This document shows, piece after piece, positions 48,930 to 58,087 of a stretch of 64,000 nt of DNA. The notes under the pieces were generated by a model. It saw only the letters and a program-made list of their open reading frames with translations, was not told the DNA's origin and ran no database searches. The stretch spans positions 416,805 through 480,804 of the forward strand of contig RHPI01001507.1 in assembly GCA_009103225.1 (NCBI GenBank), in the 5' to 3' direction. A program made the position numbers and the translations under genes. Origin of the DNA: Chlorokybus atmophyticus (Eukaryota > Plantae > Mesostigma and Chlorokybus algae). The first letter of the stretch is position 1, and each line of letters opens with the position of its first letter.

Positions 48930-49896
48930 GAGCAAAGCACATTTCCAATAACCATACCATGCTGTTTTGACCCATGGCGCGTCCCAACAATTGGCATTGC
49001 TGATTGTCGGTTAGCGTGGAACCTGTGATATTGTCTGGAGAGAAGCCCATGGCGCGTTCGCGCTCACGTGCGTTGAGTTCCTCCAGCTGGCCTGTGTTGG
49101 AATCCAACACCATGCCCTGCGCCGTGGTTGCGGAAGGCGTACGTTCCTGAGTAGGACACCAGCGTGGGGAGCGCACGACGTGGTTGCCCAGGCTGGTTGC
49201 ACTGGTAAAATTGGTGGTGATCGCGTCGAGTGACTGGTTGTGATGTTCGACCAGTCCAAGATAGTATCGACTGTCAGATTGCGTGGACGACAGCTGTGCA
49301 GATATTCAGCAGCAAAGAGATCTTCGACCGTTGAGAGGTTGGTCCCACTTGGCACGGACGCGATGAGCACGGGAGCCATGCCGCGCTGCGTTAATTTTGA
49401 GAGGATGCTCCAGTAAGGAACACACCTGTCGGAAGCTGTTGGCCACGTAATGGCGCTTATCGTCCTCGAAGTGCACATATTCGATGATGTATCCTGGAGG
49501 CCTGGACAGCTAGTTGCTCTGCAGAGTTTTGCTGACACGCATCAGATGCTAGAACAATTATGAGCGAGGATCAGCGAGCCCTTGGCCGCTGCCTGCTCTG
49601 GAGTGCCCTTGACACTCCCATCCTGCTATCAGCAGGTCGATGTTGCCCACCGCTAGGAGGTGATCTGCAGTGATTAAACGGATATTCTGTGGCAGTGTCT
49701 TCAGACTGCCTTGCAATGCCGATAGCGGCAGTCGCTGCGGGTAGCATTTGTGTAGGTGGCGCAGGTCACCTGCGCCACGGTAGTGGGCCCGGGCAATCTG
49801 TGCGTGTGGATCAGGGTCACAATACTTGGTGACCGTCGCGCCGGTGTTGAGAACAGAAAAAAGGCCACTATCTATTCCTCTAAATAGTTCCAACAC
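48930..49896 (-). pseudogene. C5 cytosine DNA methyltransferase domain inside pol
   Basis: Motif I VLELFRGIDSGL; motif IV IAGWECQGHSRAG..GLADPRS (Cys at 49614-49612); motif VI IIEYV; motif VIII NAARHGSRAHRVR; motif IX/X ELNARERERAMGF...QLLGRAM. The order is canonical, with several stops and frameshifts. Confidence 0.92.
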
Positions 49897-50313
49897 GCTG
49901 ATGCCTTATTGTCGCCGGAATACGTGAAACTCCACTACTGCAGTGGCCACCTGGTGTTGTTCCTGGACAGCAGCTTGGTCCTCGCAGAGAGGGAATCATG
50001 AAGTGAGCCGCGGTCTGGTCAGTAGCAGATGTGCGACCACCTGTGCGCGCCAGCCGTGTTCCGCTGGTTGCTGGTGGGCCACTTCCTCAGTGGCATCTTT
50101 TTGAGACTTGTCGTATGGGATATGAGAGTCTTAGACCGCATTGTGGGTGACCACCGCAGATGATTTGTTAGTGCTTGCCGACAACGACCTGTAGGTGGAT
50201 ATTGCAGCTGACCTTTAATGGGAACGAGTGCGGGCCACCAACTCGAGAGGCGGATATCCTTGAACCTTTCCGTCCTCCTCATCCCAATGAGGACGAAACC
50301 AGGCCTTTTCTGT

Positions 50314-50700
50314 TCAGCAGTCCAGCCCCATGCCAATAGGGAAGTTGAAGTCTTGTCCCAACAACAGGTTGAAGGATCCTGCGTCGGTGACCACACACTT
50401 CTGTATGACCTCGGTGCTGTGGGACGGGTCCACTCCTATCAAGCGAATGCACAGGGCTTGCTTGGTGATACCGATCACCTTGTCACGGCTGCCGGTTGCG
50501 GTGTCGAGCACGTACGGGCACGGCATCAGCTCAGCGCTGGTGATGCCAAGGTCACGTGCGAGGTAACGTCCAATAATGACAGGCTGGGCTCCAGAGTCCA
50601 GTATCACCCGCTTGGGTGCTTGCCCATTCATCGTGACATGCTTACATTGGTTCGCGATCATGGCCGCGTTGGCGTGGATGCGCAGTCGCTTGAATCGTCG
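50314..50700 (-). pseudogene. Retropepsin aspartic protease
   Basis: RVILDSGAQPVIIG and FNLLLG. Confidence 0.9.
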
Positions 50701-51125
50701 GTAGCGTGTGCGTGAGGTGTCTGCTGCTGCAGTCTCCTCCGGTGGTGTCCAGCGCATGCGCTCGACACCGCACTGCGCAGTGCGGCAAGCGTCCCTCGCC
50801 CAGCTGGGTCTTGCGCACTTCCTTGACCGCGGCCTGGCCCGAACCGTCATTGCCTTGGCTGTTGATAAACACGCTGTGGCCTGGGTGCCGGCGGTGCTGC
50901 CTGCGGCTGTCCCGGTTGTGGCGCCGGGGGATTGCGTCTCTGTATGGCCGGGGTCATTCCTAGCGGCGTGGTTAGTGGCTGTTGGGGCAACCCGTGGAGG
51001 GCCGGGTGTTTGTGGGCCCGCCTCCCGTGTGGCTTGTTCTTCCACATAAGTCCAGCGTACTGCATGAGCTGCCTCCCAAACCAGTGTACCTTCCCATGTG
51101 GCTGTTGGGTTGTTGATCACGTCAC

Positions 51126-53191
51126 CACACGGATTGACGTTCGGGGACCATGCATGGTCCTTCCACGGACCCCGCGGGCCATACATGGTCCGTCCCCGCG
51201 GACCACGAGTGTCTGGTCCGCGAGGGACGGACCGTCCATGGTCCTTGTGGGGCCCCAACACACCTGGCGCGCAGTCGCGCACCACATATGGTCCGTGCCG
51301 CACCTTGTATGGTGCGGCACGGACCAGTACTCTACGCTGGTTCCTGGATGCGGACCAGGAGTGGGCCCGCGGCTCAGCGGCCCGGCAGCCGCGCACCGTA
51401 CATGGTCCGTGCCGCACCATGTATGGGGCGGCATGGACCAGCAATGTTGCTGGTTGGCGGCCCTGCAGGGCGCGCTACACGTGTACCATGACTGAAGTAT
51501 CGTTATTGCATGTACGAGTACATAGGTACATTGTGTGTATCATTTAATAAATGACAGGCCGCACCGACTGTCGCCGCTTACCATAAAGTGGACAGTCGCA
51601 AATGGTCGGCGGCTGTCAATGTATATTGACAGCCGGCTGTCCATGTACATTTTAACTTGACAGCCGCCGACCAGTTGCGGCTGTCCACTTGTGGCCTATA
51701 TATGTATAAATGGATATGTGTATACATATAAATATATGTGTATATATACACACATATATATATATGTATACATGCATATGTATATATATGTTGACAAATA
51801 TACGTGTGTGTGCATGTAGGAATAGGCTTAAGGTATACAAGCAAAAATTGTTGACGTATTGCGGCGCAATTTGCAGCCGTGCAATTACTTCATATCTATC
51901 ATTTCATGTACATACATTGTTGTAAGTAGATTAATGCGCGTACACATGTGCATTAGACCTTTCATATGCAAAATTATATACATCTTACATAATGTAATAA
52001 AATATGATTGTACAAAGTGTTATAATTACTGTACAATTACATACTCTAAAATAATAACTATATCAAATTTACATTCATGCATTGCGCGTGTTAATTGCAT
52101 TAAATATAGTTCGTTGGTTATTACATTATCATAATGTTCACAACCGTTAACATCATACCATGAATACATATGTTGATGCTGTTCGCATGTTGCATTGCTA
52201 GGCGTAGTTTATGGTATGATTGGTTTTAATATTTTGTATGAAACGAAAGCGCAAGCAATGTCAGATGTTATGACTTATAGCCTTACTTGTATTACCTCAT
52301 AAATGGCCTATAAAAGCCTCATGCGACCACAGAATCACGACAGCCCGATAAGGTACACTGGCTGCATTGACAGTCGCAATTTGGCTACTATCACTAAGCA
52401 TTGTCACAATGACAGCCCCTAACAAGTCTACAAATTGTACTGGCGTATTGACAACCGCCGAGTTCGCGGCTACCGGTATGTTGTTTACCACCGTCCATGT
52501 AACTGGTACAGCCTATAAATGCTACAATTGCATAGGCTCAGCCTGTGGGCCGATCAAAGCGACACACAATCTCCGACTGTCCATCGGCAATTACTGCCGC
52601 CGGCCGACAGTCGCCAAGCGGCTGTCGGCGCATGCAATAAACTATATGATATAGGTTGCCATGCGACCCTACCGGTACGTGCACTTGTAGCTTAGTGGTT
52701 AAGGCGTCGTCTTTGATATGCTAAAGGTGCTGGGTTCGAATCCGGCCGATGCGTGTGTTCTTGACTAATCATTCCACTAACGCCGCGAAGCTGGCCGCGG
52801 CCTCGTGCGCCGCAGGTTGGGCGTGGCCGGTGCCGCCGGCAAAGATGTGTCAACTTTTACTGCATTTGCACTCATATTTACATTGGTCCATAATAAATTT
52901 CGGTCCATGGTCCGCTGGCCGGACCAGTTATGATTGAAGTTTTATAATGATATGATTTAGTCCCTGGTCCGATGGCCGGACCATACCTGGTCCTGACGCA
53001 ACAGTAATCGGCCGGACCTTAAGTGGTGCGTACCAAGGGACAATGGTACCATTCACGTGAAATTCGGACCATGAATGGTCCGACTGTCGATGAAAAACAG
53101 ACCATGCAAGGTCCACCGATTTCATTTAGCAGGGGGAAATCCCGGTCCTGCGTCACGGACCATTCATGGTCCTTGAACGTCAATCCGTGTG
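51126..53191. mobile_element. Non-autonomous CACTA/EnSpm-like element no. 1 (2066 bp)
   Basis: Perfect 17-bp TIR CACACGGATTGACGTTC, extending to about 35 bp with 3 mismatches, and a 3-bp TSD CAC (51123-51125, 53192-53194). Dense subterminal GGACCA(T)/(A)TGGTCC repeats lie at both ends. Removing it restores the host reading frame (CWS|DVINNP). Confidence 0.92.
52681..52753 (+). pseudogene. tRNA-derived pseudogene / SINE-like head
   Basis: 73 nt, with A box TAGCTTAGTGG (52688-52698) and B box GGTTCGAATCC (52733-52743) at tRNA spacing. The acceptor stem pairs about 5/7 and the anticodon stem does not pair. Confidence 0.75.
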
Positions 53192-55070
53192 CACTCCAGC
53201 AGTGATTCTGAGGCATGGGCTGGAGATACACTGCGCGCAAAAGCCGCGCTCTTATGTCGTGGGTGATGGTGGGGACCCTTAGGATCTCTGCCATGTAGGC
53301 ATCCCATCTGCCATTGACCACTCCCACCTCCAACACCGTTGTTGCTCGCGCCTGCACAGTGAGGTAAATCTCTGGCTGTTGAACATGCTGCTCGTAAGCA
53401 GCTGCAATGCGTCGGCGTTGCCGCGCTGCTTCCACCCCTGGCAACCTCAGTATGGCCTCTTGTACTTCTTTCAAGGTGTCAGTGGCTGTAGAGGCAACCT
53501 TGTCATAGGCTTGCCGTACTAAACGCAGGAAGGCGTCCAACCAGAACAATCTGGTGCTAAAGGCGAACAGGGGGACTGCGGGGTGGTTGGTGACTAGCCA
53601 AGTCATTAGTCTTGCTCGAGCTGCATTACCACCATCTCGCATCCCCAGCATGCATCTCAGGCCGATGCCTTCTTGTCGGTGCAGCATGGTTGCTTGTTGC
53701 AACAGGGCAGTACATAGTTGCTGTTCCCCAATTGAACCTGCTCCATCTCGTTGTGTCCACCCTTGCGGTGTGAGGTAGCCTCTCCCTGGATCCCGTTGAT
53801 CTTCAGGCAAGTCTTCCAACAAGGCAGGTAGCAGCGGAGCGATCACCCCCCTGATTTATTGGGCCATCGCCCTCGTCTAATCGACGTTGGGCCCACCGAC
53901 GAGAGGTGTTGTGCTTGATGATGGGCCAGCGACTATTGGCTGAAAAACGCCAGCGCGAGCATCGGCAAGGGCGTGCGCTCTTGCGTCGATTGCCGCCGCT
54001 TGATCCTGTCGCCAGGTGAATGCCTGTTCCAGCGCGGTGTAGCGCTCATGACGTCGAATGGTATTGAGGGGCCTCAATGCTTCGTTGTCACCCAGAGGCA
54101 TGTCGGCTGTATCAGCGATGTGCTGCTGCAAATTGGGTTGCCGGTCCCCATACGTGTCTAGTGGGCTGGGCTCAAAGGGTTCATGACGGACTGGTGCGGG
54201 TTGGCGTGGCGCCGTCTGCATATCGTTACGCAGAGTCCAGAACAACTGCAGTGCCAGCTCCAGTACAACAGGCATTCTGACAACGAAGACACGGTCTCGC
54301 ATGGGAGGTGCCGTGCCGGCGAGGATTTCATCCTCCAGCCGTCGCTGAGTCTTAACTGGCAGTGTGTGATATTCAGGCAATGGGAAGACTCGATCACTGC
54401 GTTTAACGCGTGTTGTGCGCTCCCCTCCGCGCCCAAAAGCAATGGTAGTGGGATCTGCCCCACGCATGATGGTCTCCCAAGCACGCTCAGCTTGCTGACC
54501 TCGCTGGATAGCCTGAGTGACGTCGAGGGCGGGCAATGTAGCTGAGCGTGTTGCTGTAGCGGCAGCAGGCTCGATGATGGCACTGTCGGTGGTGGCGAGA
54601 GCGGTCTCAAAGCCTGCTGGCATAGGTGGTTCTGCGGTTGCAGCAAGACCGGTGCGACCTGCTGCTGCAGGGCCGGTGACAGCTGTGGCTGTGGCCTGCG
54701 TACTCACTAGTGTGGGCGCGACAGTGCTCACTGGTAGACCAGTTTCCAGTGAGATTGGAGCGGTTGCTGCTAGCGTTGACGGAGTTGACGTCGTAGCCGG
54801 TGTGACCGTTACAGCTGGTATAGTACCACTGGTGGCTTCAGAGGAGGTGGCTGCTGACGATGTTGCAGCTTCCCCTCGCACTCGCCGAGATGGTTGAATA
54901 CGGGACGGAGTGCTGGTGTCTCTCGTGCGCTTTGAAGCCATCAGTGCCCACCGGGCAGAGTAACAGGCGCGATAGTCCTGCTCCGTGTCTTCCTCCAAGC
55001 GTGCCATACGTGCCATGAGGGCAGCCATATGGTCATTAGCTGGCGGTTGGGCTGGAGCCTTGGCGGCCAC
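53019..55070 (-). pseudogene. Unknown polyprotein segment (ORF3 + ORF4) between the gag zinc knuckles and the protease
   Basis: ORFs 55070-53877 and 53846-53192 are in the same frame, separated only by TAG and TAA. ORF4 continues into the PR ORF once CACTA no. 1 is removed. Confidence 0.7.
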
Positions 55071-55237
55071 AGCAGCAGCGCGCGGACGTCCTTCCAGTCC
55101 CTTACGCTGAGGAGGGCGATTCTTCCCCCTGTAGCCTTGCTCTTCCTTGCGAGCGTTGGCGTAGTAGTTGGTGGGTGCGGTTATATACCTCCGGTGTCGT
55201 TGCTGTTGTAGCCATCAGAGCTGTTGCCGTTGTGGCC

Positions 55238-56040
55238 TCAAGTGTTGTTGCTGTTGTAGCCACCAGAGTTGTTGCCGTTGTAGCCACCCGAGTTGTTGCC
55301 GTTGAGGCCTCCAGTGTTGTTGCTGCTGTGGTTGTTGACGGGTCTCAACTCGGGAAACTTGAGCCAGTAGACTGACTCAGCGTGGCGTGTCTTGTGACAG
55401 TAGTCGCAGGCCAGAGTTGAGTACCCTTCGGTGCACTCCTTTTGGTAGTGCCCATGCCGTCCACAGCGATAACACAGCACAGGGGCAGACAAAGCAGTAT
55501 GCGCTGATCGTTTCCCTTTGTCGCGTGCTGGTGGAGCGTCGCGGCCACGATCGCGGCGCGGAGGCTCGACAGTCGTACTGGATACAGGCCGTGAGGCGCT
55601 GCGGTTAGTGTCCAGCACTGCCTTCTCATACATCAAGCGCTTATGGATGGCTTGTGCAGTCTCGCAAGCTTCCTTGAGCGTGCAGCCAAGGGGCCTGCTA
55701 TAGTTCAGGGTCAGGCGCGTCGATTCGCTCAGGGTGGCATCCAACTCATTGACATATACCACTGCAGCCGCCTCATCGCTGACGATCTTGTAGTCAGTGT
55801 CCTTCAATAGCCCTTCCAGTCTGGAGTACAGGCGTAGGGGGTCTGCTGAAGGTATTACATGGGTCATGCTTGTATCCGGTCAGCTTGCCCTTCATATAGG
55901 AGTCGAGGGTCGAAGGTACCAGGAAGAAGCGCGTGGACTCCAGACTTAGCAAGACGGTCGAGTCATGACGGACTCCGGACAAGGCTGCTTGGTAGAGCCT
56001 TGGGAGAAATTGCGTAGCTTTGTGAATACGTAAGCTTAGC
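55238..56040 (-). pseudogene. gag: gag-like ORF 2 with tandem zinc knuckles and Asn/Gly repeats
   Basis: ADPLRLYSRLEGLL, CYRCGRHGHYQKEC, CDYCHKTRHAESVY(C)W, followed by 24-bp NGNNSGGY-type repeats. Confidence 0.8.
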
Positions 56041-56290
56041 AAGCGTGGCTTAGCTTGTTGGAAAGCTCTAGTTGTGAGCTAGACAGCGTAGCTTACAGAA
56101 CAGCAATCGGCTGAGTATAGCGCACGCGGTGCTTGCCAATGTAGACGTGTGTAGAGACTGGCGGGGTATAAAGCCCAGACTTGTTGCAATGAAGAAGAGA
56201 GGTCACGATGTAGCATGTGTGCGGATGCTATGGCGGCAGTAGCAGTCATGCTCTTGTGTTGATGTTGTTGGCGTGTCACTTGCACGTGTG

Positions 56291-56959
56291 TGTAACAGTC
56301 AAGGCCAAATTTTGTGATTTTCATGGCCGTTTTAGGCCTTATTTGTAAGGTACATGTTTTAATGACTTGTGGCGGATATCGGCGAGTTATGAGTCTGCCG
56401 CGGATATCGACCGGGGCCCCAAGACCAGTCCGGAAGGTGCCAGAAAACGGAGGGCCAGTCGAGAAGGGCTCGACCAGATTTCTGGAAGGGCCTGGCGCCA
56501 AGTAGTATAACTTGACCACATGAGCAGCAAATTAGGAGATCTTTGGTGCGTTGGAAAGGTCTAGAAGTGTACTACAAGATTCTGCAAGAATATCTTAGCT
56601 TCTAGGTCCGTCTAGCGCTAGAATCGTCTAGACAGTAGCATGTGCAGACTGGTAGGTATAAAAGTGACATTCTACAACTTGCAATACAACCTTTAGCTCC
56701 CTAGTTTCTGGTGTGCAAGCTTGGTGGTGGTTAGCAGGGGTTGCTCGTGTGGCCACTGGTGTGTGCTTGCTTGTGTGACGATCCAAGGCGCTACACAAGT
56801 CGGTGTGTAGCTTCGAGCGCATGCGCGTGCGTACGCGAGTGGCGGGGCGCGTGTGTGTGCTTGGCAGAGGGGGCAAGGTTCCGGTGTGAATACCGTGTCT
56901 TGGTGAGAGGGTTGTGGATTGGACCAACTCACAGGTGACAAGGCACGAGCACCGTCACA
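56291..56959 (+). repeat. 5' LTR of chromovirus copy 1
   Basis: TGTAACA...CGTCACA, with the TATA-like GGTATAAAAG. Confidence 0.97.
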
Positions 56960-56961
56960 AC

Positions 56962-56973
56962 TGGTATCGGAGC
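56962..56973 (+). other. Primer-binding site for initiator tRNA-Met
   Basis: TGGTATCGGAGC versus the canonical TGGTATCAGAGC (G would pair with U). Copy 2 has the same sequence. Confidence 0.9.
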
Positions 56974-57058
56974 ACGGTTTACGAAGGTGAGAGAGGAAGT
57001 GTGTGGGCGATTACACTTTTCATTCATTTCGGAAGCGGAGTGTAGTGTGTTAGTGGAG

Positions 57059-58087
57059 ATGGAGGATGCTCGCATGGAAGAGCTTCAAGCTGCCATCTTA
57101 GCATTAAGAGAAGAGCTTCATCACACGCAAGCGGCGGCACAAGCACAACGCGAGGCGTATGAGCATGCGATGGCGCGTGTACAAATTCCCATGGCATTAA
57201 GCTCGCGCGTGCATGTGAAGGTGCCAAAGCCCAAGCCATATAGGGGTCAACGTGATGGAGATGCAGTGGATGAATGGATTTTTCAAGTATCGTCTTGGTT
57301 GAAGCTCACGGAGGTGCCCACGCATCTGCACGTGGAGGTTGCAGCGACATTGCTTGAAGGTGCAGCACTTGTGTGGTGGAGGCATCGATGTACGCGTGTT
57401 GCAAACGGGTTGGCGCTACCATTGACCACCATGGAAGAGTTGGCACTGGAGGTCAGGCATCAATTTGTTCCCGTTGAGAGCGTGAAGGCCGCACGCGACA
57501 AACTTGCAGCCCTTGTGCAAATGGGGTCGGTGATGGCGTACACGGCCGCGTTTCAGCGATTGGTGATGTCCATACCCAATATGACCGAGGAGGAGCAGTT
57601 GGACAGGTATACACGTGGTTTAAAACCTTTGGGGCGTAAAGAAGTGGAGCTACGGGACCCGAAGACACTCGCGGAGGCTATACGCATCGCGGAGCGTCTC
57701 GACGCGTTGTACTTCAAGTCCACCACAAGAAACACTGACTGGAGGCAAAGGCATGGTGATCAGCCCCGGGGAGGCTTTCAACATGCATGGAGACGAGGAG
57801 AACCAAGTTCAGCACTTGCCAATGGAGGTGGAGCTGACTCTGGGCCTGCACCAATGGAGGTGGGTGCCATACACACGCATGGAAGTGAGGCGAAGCACGG
57901 CGGACGTGGTGAAAGAGGTAAAGGTGTGCGCAAGTGTTATGCGTGTGGGTCGACGGAGCATTTGGCGTACGGATGCCCCAAACGAAGCACGCAAAGGCCA
58001 ACACCGGATGGCAACCCTCGCCGTGATCGTCGCGTCAACACCATGGAGCAAAATGGCGTGGAGCAGGAAAACGACTTCCCCCAGTAG
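57059..58087 (+). CDS. gag: gag of copy 1 (342 aa)
   Basis: Essentially identical to the copy 2 gag, with a CX2CX4HX4C knuckle. Confidence 0.95.
   Translation: MEDARMEELQAAILALREELHHTQAAAQAQREAYEHAMARVQIPMALSSRVHVKVPKPKPYRGQRDGDAVDEWIFQVSSWLKLTEVPTHLHVEVAATLLEGAALVWWRHRCTRVANGLALPLTTMEELALEVRHQFVPVESVKAARDKLAALVQMGSVMAYTAAFQRLVMSIPNMTEEEQLDRYTRGLKPLGRKEVELRDPKTLAEAIRIAERLDALYFKSTTRNTDWRQRHGDQPRGGFQHAWRRGEPSSALANGGGADSGPAPMEVGAIHTHGSEAKHGGRGERGKGVRKCYACGSTEHLAYGCPKRSTQRPTPDGNPRRDRRVNTMEQNGVEQENDFPQ

Noticed and set aside
52681-52753. Functional tRNA gene
   Set aside because: The anticodon stem does not pair in either register, and the acceptor and T stems are imperfect.
13294-53879. Many in-frame TAA/TAG codons fall where Gln is plausible (mTERF b, DNMT RS*LF*, RH TG*LARWAL*, ORF3/4 junction), suggesting a TAR=Gln genetic code.
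   Set aside because: Long intact ORFs (WD40, gag, 961-aa pol) contain dozens of CAA/CAG and no TAR. The secreted-protein gene ends in TAA. TAA also replaces conserved Trp (hAT, gag ORF 1). Ordinary C-to-T / G-to-A decay explains the pattern.
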